8,533 nt of DNA, taken from a virus (lineage: Duplodnaviria; Heunggongvirae; Uroviricota; Caudoviricetes). The stretch is taken from IMG/VR virus record IMGVR_UViG_2706794698_000013. One strand, given 5' to 3'. Position numbers and translations under genes: made by a program. Below are positions 1-7,862 of the stretch, one piece after another; the first letter of the stretch is position 1, and each line of letters opens with the position of its first letter. The notes beneath the pieces are model-generated. The model was not told the origin of the DNA. It saw only the letters and a list, made by a program, of their open reading frames with translations, and searched no databases.

Positions 1-2
1 CA

Positions 3-680
3 ATGGGGAATGAGCGAATAACATTTTCTCTGGCGACCTATGCGTCCGATGTCGGAATTGCCTCTGTCGTCAGAGGAGCGCAGGTTGGCTCATGGAAAAT
101 GCAGATCCCTAACGACGGCGATATTACAGCGACCGTAACCTTTGCCGGACTGGACTGGGAATCAAAGGCCGATGATACGAATTTTATCAAAGGCGAACCT
201 GTGGATAGTGCAGGAAAGCTACGTTATTCGTTTAAGGAGGTTTCAGCAGTAAGCCTGAATGGTGTTGCCGGAGGTAACGGTTTTTGTATCGACAGTTTTG
301 ATATTCAGTTCGATAACAAACTCCAGACACAGCGTTGTATCGGGACTGGCTCGCCTTATGCAGGAGCAAATATTCCGACTACTTTTACACCGTCCGGTAC
401 GGTGACGCTTTCATGGTCTAAAGCCGCGTGGGAAATCTGGAGTAAAACACTGACTGGAGAAACAGTTCCGTTCAGCTTCACGCTTTCGAATGGAGAGGGG
501 GCATACACTTTCAGTTTCCCGAAGGTTCAGGTGTCAGGTGAATGGCCTGATGGGGGTAATAGCGACATTATCCAGGTTCAATTGAGCATTACCGCAGCAG
601 ATGAAGCACCTACGATAACCAGAAAAAAAAATTCCCCGGCTGCCGTGATCGCAAAAGCCAGTGCTGAGGCGATTAGTTGA
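3..680 (+). CDS. putative major tail (tube) protein, gpV-equivalent by position; 5' completeness unverified because the ATG sits at the window edge
   Basis: 225-codon ORF ending TGA 678-680, immediately upstream of the G/G-T chaperone pair and tape measure gene (lambda order V-G-T-H). Gly/Ser/Thr-rich beta-type composition. I do not recognise the sequence itself; the call rests on synteny. Confidence 0.5.
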   Translation: MGNERITFSLATYASDVGIASVVRGAQVGSWKMQIPNDGDITATVTFAGLDWESKADDTNFIKGEPVDSAGKLRYSFKEVSAVSLNGVAGGNGFCIDSFDIQFDNKLQTQRCIGTGSPYAGANIPTTFTPSGTVTLSWSKAAWEIWSKTLTGETVPFSFTLSNGEGAYTFSFPKVQVSGEWPDGGNSDIIQVQLSITAADEAPTITRKKNSPAAVIAKASAEAIS

Positions 681-728
681 TTTTCCGTTATTCCTCCTGT
701 GGTACTGCCCTACAGGGGGACGCATTGA

Positions 729-1190
729 ATGAGGTTATGGATGTTTATTCTTAATCAGAAAATTATCATTGGTGGAGAACGCTGGTTTACGCCAATGAAG
801 GACTTAAAACCTGTAGACGGGTTAAAACTGTTGGTGGCAAGCAGCGATAACGATCAGTATCGCTCCCGTAATGCATTAATCCGTCGCCACATTGAGAAAA
901 TGGATGCCAGTTTGCACGTCGGAACGAAGGAGTTTGATATTTCAAAGGTTTCCGAGGTGGATTCTGTTGATGATTTACTCATTGATAATGCCGCTCGTTA
1001 TCTGCTGAAAGACTGGAAAGGGGTTGGTGAACTGGTTAATGGTGTTGAGGTTGCACTGGAATATACGGCAGAACGAGGGATCGCGCTGCTTAAGCAGAAT
1101 CCAGAGTTGTACTGGCAGATCCTTGCAGAAGCAGCCAGCATCGCCCAGGGTAAAGAGCAGCAGAAGCAGGATACGATAAAAAAGCCATAG
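729..1190 (+). CDS. tail assembly chaperone, gpG-like (zero-frame product)
   Basis: 153-codon ORF; GGGGGA at 715-720 lies 8 nt upstream of ATG 729 (alternative starts ATG 741 and 795). Ends TAG 1188-1190 just after a slippery heptamer. Sits between the major tail protein and the tape measure gene. Confidence 0.7.
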   Translation: MRLWMFILNQKIIIGGERWFTPMKDLKPVDGLKLLVASSDNDQYRSRNALIRRHIEKMDASLHVGTKEFDISKVSEVDSVDDLLIDNAARYLLKDWKGVGELVNGVEVALEYTAERGIALLKQNPELYWQILAEAASIAQGKEQQKQDTIKKP

Positions 1191-1498
1191 CTGCCCAGCG
1201 GTGGTTATCGGAGTTCGGGGGAGAAAGGGGGGAAAAGGCAAGATGGAAGCGAGAAAAACTCAGGTTGCCACCGATACCGGAACCAGAAATAGACCCGGTG
1301 CTTAAGGAGTTGTTGTACGCCTATTCGGTAATATCCCGTGCCCGACGTTATGCTGGAATGGCTGGGGTGCCTTTGCCTTTATCTCTGACAGAGATAAATG
1401 AATATTTAGCCACTCATCCGGTATTGATTGAGCGCGATGAATTTGAAGCAGTGATCTTTGCACTGGATGACCAGTATTTTCAGGAGCAGTGTGTGTAG
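729..1498 (+). CDS. gpG-T-like fusion chaperone made by -1 programmed ribosomal frameshift at 1178-1184 (about 256 aa: 152 zero-frame codons plus 104 codons in the -1 frame)
   Basis: The -1 frame is open from 1184 to TAG 1496-1498, with no stop among the codons I translated from 1184 to 1267. The shift site lies 2 codons before the G stop. This is the conserved G/GT architecture of long-tailed phages. Confidence 0.6.
1178..1184 (+). other. -1 slippery heptanucleotide A_AAA_AAG (X_XXY_YYZ in the G zero frame)
   Basis: Zero-frame codons are ata(1176) aaa(1179) aag(1182) cca(1185) tag(1188), so the heptamer 1178-1184 reads A AAA AAG in frame. Slipping back one nt enters the open frame encoding ...PPIPEPEIDPVLKELL.... 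Confidence 0.6.
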
Positions 1499-1618
1499 TT
1501 GTTAATTACGTACACTCTGTTACAGAGATGTGATGGTGTCTTTAATTAAATCGATGATGCTCCTGGAGAAAAGCATTGCGTGGCCTCGTAATCGCTATAT
1601 CTACTATTATGTCGCCTG

Positions 1619-1643
1619 AAACCCACTTCGCGGTGGGTTTTTT
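1619..1643 (+). terminator. rho-independent terminator-like hairpin between the chaperone genes and the tape measure gene
   Basis: aaaCCCAC ttcgcg GTGGGttt: 5-bp GC core extendable by A:T pairs, followed by a T-run (1638-1643). Lies 20 nt upstream of the AGGAG RBS (1650-1654) of the tape measure gene. Confidence 0.4.
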
Positions 1644-1663
1644 GTTGTCAGGAGTTTTAATAA

Positions 1664-4600
1664 ATGGCAGAGCAAACCTCGCGTCTCGCAATAATTATTG
1701 ATAGCACTGGAGCGAAAAATAATGCTGACAATCTGACCTCCTCATTAGTCAAAATGACGCAGGCTGGGGAAACTGCTGCAAATAGCGCAGGGAAAGTGAC
1801 TAAGGCAACAGAAGATGAGAAGAACGCGCTCGCAAAATTAAAAGCAGCTATTGATCCAGTTGGTGCCGCAATTGATACTGTCGGTCGACGCTATTCTGAA
1901 TTAAAGAAATTTTTCGATAAAGGGCTTATTGATAAAGAAGAATATGAATTTCTTGTCCGTAAACTTAATGAAACCACAGAGGAATTGAGCGGGGTTGCGC
2001 AAGCGCAGAGAGAAGCCGAGAAGGCCGGAAAACTTGCTGCCGCCCAGCAGGAAGCGCAGGCTCAGGCCTTTCAAAGAATGCTGGACAAGATCGACCCTCT
2101 GGCTGCGGCGCTAAGAAATCTTGAACAACAGCATGATGAACTTAATGCTGCGTTTGCATCCGGGAAAATAAATGGTTCTCAGTTTGAGAATTATAGCCGA
2201 AAAATACAGGAAACACGGCGAGAGCTTACCGGAGAGGCTCAGGCAGAGCGAGAAGCAGCAAAAGCGCATGATGAACAGGTTGTTGCTTTGCAACGTCTGA
2301 TTGCTCAACTTGATCCTGTCGGAACTGCTTTTAATCGTCTGGTAGAACAACAGAAACAGCTCAATGAAGCAAAAGCTAAGGGGATGCTTTCTCCTGAAAT
2401 GTATGAGGAGCTTTCTGGAAAACTTCGTGCTATGCGGAGTGAGCTTGAGGTTACTCAATCACAATTAAGCAAAACCGGAATGTCGGCAAAACAAACGGCT
2501 TTTGCTATGCGCATGTTGCCTGTACAAATGACGGATATTGTTGTTGGGTTGTCCACTGGTCAGTCGCCATTTATGGTGTTAATGCAGCAGGGCGGCCAGC
2601 TAAAAGATATGTTCGGTGGGATTGGCCCGGCGATCAAAGGTGTAGGTTCTTATGTGCTGGGATTAATTAATCCTTTTACCCTGGCCGCAGCAGCCGTTGG
2701 GGTCTTAGGACTGGCTTACTATAAAGGCTCTCAGGAGCAGGACGAATTTAATAAATCTCTTATTCTTACCGGAAATCAGTTGGGGACAACCAGCGGGCAA
2801 TTGGGCGATATAGCTCAACGTGCCGGGAATGCGGCTGATTCGACAACTGGTGCTGCGGCGGCAGTATTAAATCAGCTTGTGCGTTCGGGAAAGGTAGCGA
2901 GCAGTTCGCTGGAGCAAGTGACGACAGCGATAGTAAAAACGAGCGAAGTAACAGGAATATCAACCGAACAACTGGTTAATGACTTCAATGAAATTGCAAA
3001 GGATCCTGTCAGTGCCATATCAAAACTTAATGATCAGTACCATTTTCTGACACTTGCGACTTATAACCAGATTAAGGCGCTACAGGATGAAGGGAACCAG
3101 CAGGAGGCCGCCCGCATTGCGACAGAAGAATACTCATCCTCAATGATCCAGCGCACCAACCAGNNNNNNNNNNNNNNNNNNNNNNNNNNNNNNNNNNNNN
3201 NNNNNNNNNNNNNNNNNNNNNNNNNNNNNNNNNNNNNNNNNNNNNNNNNNNNNNNNNNNNNNNNNNNNNNNNNNNNNNNNNNNNNNNNNNNNNNNNNNNN
3301 NNNNNNNNNNNNNNNNNNNNNNNNNNNNNNNNNNNNNNNNNNNNNNNNNNNNNNNNNNNNNNNNNNNNNNNNNNNNNNNNNNNNNNNNNNNNNNNNNNNN
3401 NNNNNNNNNNNNNNNATTGCTCAGGACGTACTAAATTCATCAATAAACGATTACAACAAGCGACAACAGGAAGGAATTGAACTCAGACAGAGAGCAGATG
3501 CCTTTTCAAAACAATATCAGACCCGGGAGCAGCAGAGAGCTAGTGAACTTGCAAAACTGGAAAAGCTAAAGAATCAGTATTCAAAGGAAGAATATAATAA
3601 TCTTATCGCTCAAATAAATGAGCGTTATAAAGATCCAAAGCAACCAAAGGCGAAAGGTTATTCTGATGATGCAGCCCAACGAATGATTGATCATCTGAAT
3701 CAACAGAATGCGTTACTAAGTTCACAAGCTGAGTTGACCGTTAAATTAAGTTCCTCTGAACAGGAACTGGTTAAGTGGCGTCAGCGGATTGCCGACCTAG
3801 AGTCACGACCATCATCGAAATTAACCCAGGATCAGAAATCGCTTCTCTTACACCGGGAAGAAATAACCACGTTGATGGAGAAAAATGTTGCGATTGAAAA
3901 AAATAACAGGCTAATCAAGGAATCCGCCGAAATAACAGCATGGCGTGATTCATTGCAGGCTTCGATTGATAATCGTCAGCAGGGGTATGATATTCAGATT
4001 GCTGGTTATGGGGTTGGCGATAAAAATCAGCAACGCCAGCAGGAATTACTGCGGATTGAACATGGATATAACAATCAGCGTCTGCAACTTGAACGTGACT
4101 ATGCAGATAAATCCCGTGGAATGTCAGATCATGTTTTTCAAGAGAAAATGCAGGCTCTGAATGATGCTCTGGAACGGGAAAAAGAAATTGTCAGACAGAA
4201 AAACGAGCAGCTCGATATTCAGGCAGGAGACTGGGTTAGTGGTGCCTCCCAGGGATTCAATAACTGGCTGGATGACACTAAGGATATCAGTGAGCAGATA
4301 AAATCAACCACGACTCAGATGTTTGATGGGATGACCGATGCGCTGGGTGATTTTGTCACGACAGGCAAGGCAAATTTTCGTTCTTTCGCTACTTCCGTGA
4401 TTTCGGATCTTAGTCGAATAGCATTAAAGGCTTCAATTACTGGGATTTTCGACAGCATTAGTAACAGTTCTTCTGGGGGGATTTTAGGAACTATCGGGAG
4501 TGCTATTAGTAAATTTATTCCGAATGCAAAGGGCGGTGTTTATGAGTCTCCGTCATTGAGCACGTATTCGAACGGTATTTATGATTCCCCGCAATTTTTT

Positions 4601-4888
4601 GCTTTTGCAAAAGGGGCTGGTGTTTTTGGTGAGGCTGGACCGGAAGCCATTATGCCATTAACACGAACTTCCGATGGTTCTCTTGGTGTCAGAGCTATTA
4701 ATAGTAAAAGTGGTAATGGAGGCGGAGATATTACCTATGCCCCTGTATACCAAATCACTATTCAAAATGACGGCCAGAATGGAGAGATTGGCCCTCAGGC
4801 AATAAAAGCACTTATGGGGATGGTTGATCAGCGGGTGCAGGGCAATCTGTTAAATATGCGACGTGATGGGGGAATGTTAAGTGGCTAA
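1664..4888 (+). CDS. H: tail tape measure protein (lambda gpH family), 1074 codons of which 84 are hidden in an N-run
   Basis: AGGAG at 1650-1654 then ATG 1664. Central segment [39 protein letters not shown] and C-terminal [16 protein letters not shown]...[10 protein letters not shown] align with lambda gpH as I recall it. Coiled-coil N-terminus, hydrophobic Gly-rich stretch; stop TAA 4886-4888. Confidence 0.9.
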   Translation: MAEQTSRLAIIIDSTGAKNNADNLTSSLVKMTQAGETAANSAGKVTKATEDEKNALAKLKAAIDPVGAAIDTVGRRYSELKKFFDKGLIDKEEYEFLVRKLNETTEELSGVAQAQREAEKAGKLAAAQQEAQAQAFQRMLDKIDPLAAALRNLEQQHDELNAAFASGKINGSQFENYSRKIQETRRELTGEAQAEREAAKAHDEQVVALQRLIAQLDPVGTAFNRLVEQQKQLNEAKAKGMLSPEMYEELSGKLRAMRSELEVTQSQLSKTGMSAKQTAFAMRMLPVQMTDIVVGLSTGQSPFMVLMQQGGQLKDMFGGIGPAIKGVGSYVLGLINPFTLAAAAVGVLGLAYYKGSQEQDEFNKSLILTGNQLGTTSGQLGDIAQRAGNAADSTTGAAAAVLNQLVRSGKVASSSLEQVTTAIVKTSEVTGISTEQLVNDFNEIAKDPVSAISKLNDQYHFLTLATYNQIKALQDEGNQQEAARIATEEYSSSMIQRTNQXXXXXXXXXXXXXXXXXXXXXXXXXXXXXXXXXXXXXXXXXXXXXXXXXXXXXXXXXXXXXXXXXXXXXXXXXXXXXXXXXXXXIAQDVLNSSINDYNKRQQEGIELRQRADAFSKQYQTREQQRASELAKLEKLKNQYSKEEYNNLIAQINERYKDPKQPKAKGYSDDAAQRMIDHLNQQNALLSSQAELTVKLSSSEQELVKWRQRIADLESRPSSKLTQDQKSLLLHREEITTLMEKNVAIEKNNRLIKESAEITAWRDSLQASIDNRQQGYDIQIAGYGVGDKNQQRQQELLRIEHGYNNQRLQLERDYADKSRGMSDHVFQEKMQALNDALEREKEIVRQKNEQLDIQAGDWVSGASQGFNNWLDDTKDISEQIKSTTTQMFDGMTDALGDFVTTGKANFRSFATSVISDLSRIALKASITGIFDSISNSSSGGILGTIGSAISKFIPNAKGGVYESPSLSTYSNGIYDSPQFFAFAKGAGVFGEAGPEAIMPLTRTSDGSLGVRAINSKSGNGGGDITYAPVYQITIQNDGQNGEIGPQAIKALMGMVDQRVQGNLLNMRRDGGMLSG
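1844..2473 (+). repeat. three tandem degenerate repeats of about 70-80 aa inside the tape measure N-terminal coiled-coil region
   Basis: Repeat units begin at residues about 63 ([22 protein letters not shown]...[15 protein letters not shown]), 143 ([22 protein letters not shown]...[15 protein letters not shown]) and 216 ([22 protein letters not shown]...ELEVTQSQL). Shared [IL]DP[VL]...EL..G...REA.KA pattern. Confidence 0.55.
3164..3415. other. run of 252 N (masked or unsequenced), inside the tape measure gene
   Basis: Literal n characters. Begins exactly at codon 501 of the ORF and spans 84 codons, so the frame continues on the far side. Confidence 0.99.
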
Positions 4889-4922
4889 TACGGAAGAATT
4901 TCACTGGTTACCAGAGGATGGA

Positions 4923-5219
4923 ATGAAAACAGAAAATAAACCATCGATAAAAACTGTAAGATTTGGTGATGGTTATGAGCAACGAAGTCCAAATGGACTT
5001 AATCATTCTCTGCGCGTTTTCACCTGTGATTTCAAAGTTGAGGCGAATGAACGTGATTCATTTGAAAAATTTTTAGCCCGGCATGAAGGCTATAAATCTT
5101 TTTTTTGGCGCCCGCCGGGTATTAACAGAAAAATCAGAGTGGTGTGTCGAACGTGGTCAGCGACAGAACATATCACCTATACCGATTTTTCGTGTCAGTT
5201 TGACGAAGTGGTGATCTGA
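4923..5219 (+). CDS. M: minor tail protein M (lambda gpM homolog)
   Basis: ATG 4923 preceded by AGAGGA (4913-4918). N-terminus MKTENKPSIKTVRFGDGYEQ resembles lambda gpM (..VRKVRFGDGYSQ..). The ORF track starts at in-frame GTG 4881, which overlaps the H stop and lacks an RBS. Stop TGA 5217-5219 overlaps the L start (TGATG). Confidence 0.8.
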   Translation: MKTENKPSIKTVRFGDGYEQRSPNGLNHSLRVFTCDFKVEANERDSFEKFLARHEGYKSFFWRPPGINRKIRVVCRTWSATEHITYTDFSCQFDEVVI

Positions 5220-5917
5220 TGCAGGACATACAACAGGAAACGCTGAATGAATGCATTCGTGCGGAGCAGTCGGCCAGCGTGGTGCTCTGGGAAATCGACC
5301 TGACCGAGGTAGGCGGGGATCGCTACTTTTTCTGCAATGAGCAGAACGAGAAAGGAGAGTCTGTCACCTGGCAGAGTCGGCAGTATCAGGCCTATCCCAT
5401 TCAGGGGAGTGGATTTGAGATGAACGGCAAAGGTGCCAGTGCAAGGCCAACGCTGAAAGTCTCTAATCTGCACGGCATGGTCACCGGGATGGCGGAAGAC
5501 CTGCAGAGTCTGGTCGGCGGAACGGTGGTCAGGCGTAAGGTTTACGCCCGTTTTCTGGATGCGGTGAACTTCGTCAACGGAAACAGTGACGCCGATCCGG
5601 AGCAGGAGGTGATCAGCCGCTGGCGTATTGAGCAGTGCAGCGAACTGAGCGCGGTCAGTGCCTCCTTTGTACTGTCCACGCCGACGGAAACGGACGGCGC
5701 TGTTTTTCCGGGGCGCATCATGCTTGCTAATACCTGCACCTGGACCTATCGCGGTGATGAGTGCGGTTATCACGGTCCGGCTGTCGCGGATGAATATGAC
5801 CAGCCAACGTCCGATATCACGAAGGATAAATGCAGCAAATGCCTGAGCGGTTGTAAGTTCCGCAATAACGTCGGCAACTTTGGCGGCTTCCTTTCCATTA
5901 ACAAACTTTCGCAGTAA
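5219..5917 (+). CDS. L: minor tail protein L (lambda gpL, near-identical)
   Basis: 232 aa; MQDIQQETLNECIRAEQSASVVLWEIDLTEVGG... matches lambda gpL almost residue for residue by recollection. C-terminal Cys cluster CTWTYRGDECGYHG...CSKCLSGC. Start coupled to the M stop. Confidence 0.93.
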   Translation: MQDIQQETLNECIRAEQSASVVLWEIDLTEVGGDRYFFCNEQNEKGESVTWQSRQYQAYPIQGSGFEMNGKGASARPTLKVSNLHGMVTGMAEDLQSLVGGTVVRRKVYARFLDAVNFVNGNSDADPEQEVISRWRIEQCSELSAVSASFVLSTPTETDGAVFPGRIMLANTCTWTYRGDECGYHGPAVADEYDQPTSDITKDKCSKCLSGCKFRNNVGNFGGFLSINKLSQ

Positions 5918-5922
5918 ATCCC

Positions 5923-6061
5923 ATGACACAGACAGAATCAGCGATTCTGGCGCACGCCCGGCGATGTGCGCCAGCGGAGTCGTGCGGCTTCGTGGTGAGA
6001 ACACCGGAGGGGGAAAGATATTTTCCCTGCGTGAATATTTCCGGTGAGCCGGAGGAGTATT
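5923..6061 (+). CDS. K: 5' fragment of tail protein K (first 46 codons), cut off by an N-run
   Basis: MTQTESAILAHARRCAPAESCGFVVRTPEGERYFPCVNISGEPEEY, starting 5 nt after the L stop. It is a non-identical duplicate of 6492-6630 (7 nt differences, 2 amino-acid changes). Confidence 0.6.
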
Positions 6062-6314
6062 NNNNNNNNNNNNNNNNNNNNNNNNNNNNNNNNNNNNNNN
6101 NNNNNNNNNNNNNNNNNNNNNNNNNNNNNNNNNNNNNNNNNNNNNNNNNNNNNNNNNNNNNNNNNNNNNNNNNNNNNNNNNNNNNNNNNNNNNNNNNNNN
6201 NNNNNNNNNNNNNNNNNNNNNNNNNNNNNNNNNNNNNNNNNNNNNNNNNNNNNNNNNNNNNNNNNNNNNNNNNNNNNNNNNNNNNNNNNNNNNNNNNNNN
6301 NNNNNNNNNNNNNN
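6062..6314. other. run of 253 N
   Basis: Literal n characters separating the K 5' fragment from a second copy of the L 3' end. Confidence 0.99.
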
Positions 6315-6486
6315 CTATCGCGGCGATGAGTGCGGTTATCACGGTCCGGCGGTCGCGGATGAATATGACCAGCCAACGTCCGACATCACGAAGGATAAAT
6401 GCAGCAAATGCCTGAGTGGCTGTAAGTTTCGCAATAACGTCGGCAACTTTGGCGGCTTCCTTTCCATTAACAAACTTTCGCAGTAA
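6315..6486 (+). other. L: second copy of the 3' end of L (last 56 codons plus stop)
   Basis: Encodes YRGDECGYHGPAVADEYDQPTSDITKDKCSKCLSGCKFRNNVGNFGGFLSINKLSQ*, identical in protein to 5749-5917 but with 6 synonymous nt differences. Confidence 0.6.
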
Positions 6487-6491
6487 ATCCC

Positions 6492-7235
6492 ATGACAGAG
6501 ACAGAATCAGCGATTCTGGCGCACGCCCGGCGATGTGCTCCAGCGGAGTCGTGCGGCTTCGTGGTAAGAACGCCGGAGGGGGAAAGATATTTCCCCTGCG
6601 TGAATATCTCCGGTGAGCCGGAGGCGTATTTCCGTATGTCGCCGGAAGACTGGCTGCAGGCAGAGATGCAGGGTGAGATTGTGGCACTGGTCCACAGCCA
6701 CCCCGGTGGTCTGCCCTGGCTGAGTGAGGCCGACCGGCGGCTGCAGGTGCAGAGTGATTTGCCGTGGTGGCTGGTCTGCCGGGGGGCGATTCACAAGTTC
6801 CGCTGTGTGCCACATCTTACCGGGCGGCGCTTTGAGCACGGGGTGACGGACTGTTACACGCTGTTCCGGGATGCTTACCATCTGGCGGGGATTGAGATGC
6901 CGGATTTTCATCGTGAGGATGACTGGTGGCGTCACGGTCAGAATCTCTATCTTGACAATATGGAGGCGACTGGTTTTTACCGTGTCGCACTGACAGAGGC
7001 GCAGCCGGGCGATGTGCTGCTGTGCTGTTTTGGTTCATCGGTGCCGAATCATGCCGCCATTTACTGTGGTGATGGCGAGCTGCTGCACCATATTCCTGAA
7101 CAACTGAGCAAACGAGAGAGGTATACCGACAAATGGCAGCGACGCACACACTCCCTCTGGCGTCACCGGGCATGGCACGCATCTGCCTTTACGGGGATTT
7201 ACAACGATTTGGCCGCCGCATCGACCTTCGTGTGA
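6492..7235 (+). CDS. K: tail assembly protein K (JAMM/MPN-like N-terminal domain plus NlpC/P60-like C-terminal domain), full length, 247 aa
   Basis: Near-identical to lambda gpK by recollection. JAMM motif H68-S-H70-x7-S78-x2-D81 in EIVALVHSHPGGLPWLSEAD; candidate NlpC/P60 catalytic Cys in GVTDCYTLF and His in VPNHAAIY. Stop TGA 7233-7235. Confidence 0.93.
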   Translation: MTETESAILAHARRCAPAESCGFVVRTPEGERYFPCVNISGEPEAYFRMSPEDWLQAEMQGEIVALVHSHPGGLPWLSEADRRLQVQSDLPWWLVCRGAIHKFRCVPHLTGRRFEHGVTDCYTLFRDAYHLAGIEMPDFHREDDWWRHGQNLYLDNMEATGFYRVALTEAQPGDVLLCCFGSSVPNHAAIYCGDGELLHHIPEQLSKRERYTDKWQRRTHSLWRHRAWHASAFTGIYNDLAAASTFV

Positions 7236-7261
7236 AAACGGGGGCTGAAGCCATCCGGGCG
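7133..7261 (+). CDS. I: 5' fragment of tail protein I (first 43 codons), overlapping the K 3' end and running into an N-run
   Basis: MAATHTLPLASPGMARICLYGDLQRFGRRIDLRVKTGAEAIRA, identical in protein to the start of the full I copy at 7760. Confidence 0.55.
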
Positions 7262-7511
7262 NNNNNNNNNNNNNNNNNNNNNNNNNNNNNNNNNNNNNNN
7301 NNNNNNNNNNNNNNNNNNNNNNNNNNNNNNNNNNNNNNNNNNNNNNNNNNNNNNNNNNNNNNNNNNNNNNNNNNNNNNNNNNNNNNNNNNNNNNNNNNNN
7401 NNNNNNNNNNNNNNNNNNNNNNNNNNNNNNNNNNNNNNNNNNNNNNNNNNNNNNNNNNNNNNNNNNNNNNNNNNNNNNNNNNNNNNNNNNNNNNNNNNNN
7501 NNNNNNNNNNN
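7262..7511. other. run of 250 N
   Basis: Literal n characters between the I 5' fragment and a second copy of the K 3' portion. Confidence 0.99.
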
Positions 7512-7862
7512 GCGGGAATTGAGATGCCAGATTTTCATCGTGAGGACGACTGGTGGCGTAATGGTCAGAATCTCTATCTGGATAATCTGGAGGCTACAGG
7601 GCTGTATCAGGTGCCGTTGTCAACGGCGCAGCCGGGCGATGTGCTGCTGTGCTGTTTTGGTTCATCGGTGCCGAATCATGCCGCCATTTACTGTGGTGAT
7701 GGCGAGCTGCTGCACCATATTCCTGAACAACTGAGCAAACGAGAGAGGTATACCGACAAATGGCAGCGACGCACACACTCCCTCTGGCGTCACCGGGCAT
7801 GGCACGCATCTGCCTTTACGGGGATTTGCAGCGATTTGGCCGCCGCATCGACCTTCGTGTGA
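7512..7862 (+). other. K: second, divergent copy of the 3' portion of K (116 codons plus stop)
   Basis: AGIEMPDFHREDDWWRNGQNLYLDNLEATGLYQVPLSTAQPGDVLLCCFGSS...ICSDLAAASTFV*. Corresponds to 6885-7235 at an offset of 627 nt, with 9 amino-acid differences clustered in one patch plus the last residues. Confidence 0.6.

Larger units (their letters stand above)
5746..6630. repeat. direct repeat pair: 5746-6061 and 6315-6630 (316 bp each, offset 569) flanking the N-run 6062-6314
   Basis: Manual alignment gives 13 nt differences and no indels. The 6 differences in the L part are all synonymous; the 7 in the K part give 2 amino-acid changes (Q3E, E45A). Confidence 0.85.

Noticed and set aside
694-716. 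Short inverted repeat CCTGT...ACAGG between the major tail protein and G genes
   Set aside because: Only a 5-bp stem with an 11-nt loop; too weak to call. The GGGGGA that follows is better explained as the G RBS.
1226-1237. GGGAAAAG-like motif resembling the lambda G-T slippery sequence
   Set aside because: It lies downstream of the G zero-frame stop (1188-1190), so ribosomes in the G frame never reach it. The functional candidate is AAAAAAG at 1178-1184.
534-1241. Minus-strand ORFs 534..725 and 975..1241
   Set aside because: Antisense to the major tail protein and G chaperone ORFs, no RBS, and inconsistent with the uniformly + strand operon.
1533-1619. 28-codon ORF in the T-H spacer as a real gene
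   Set aside because: No convincing RBS, very short, and I cannot assess conservation. Kept only as a note within the spacer finding.
2111-4160. Short ORFs embedded in the tape measure gene (2111..2458 -, 2766..2963 -, 3072..3443 -, 3945..4160 +)
   Set aside because: They lie entirely inside a 1074-codon gene with a clear start, RBS and lambda gpH homology. They lack start signals and have low-complexity products.
4881-4922. GTG 4881 as the M start, as in the ORF track
   Set aside because: It would overlap the H stop and has no RBS. ATG 4923 has an AGAGGA RBS and gives an N-terminus (MKTENK...VRFGDGY) that aligns with lambda gpM.
5923-6486. ORF-track entry joining the K N-terminus to the L C-terminus across the N-run (187 aa), and the analogous 7133..7522 entry
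   Set aside because: Continuity across unknown bases is not evidence of a chimeric gene. The flanks belong to different genes (K 5' end, L 3' end).
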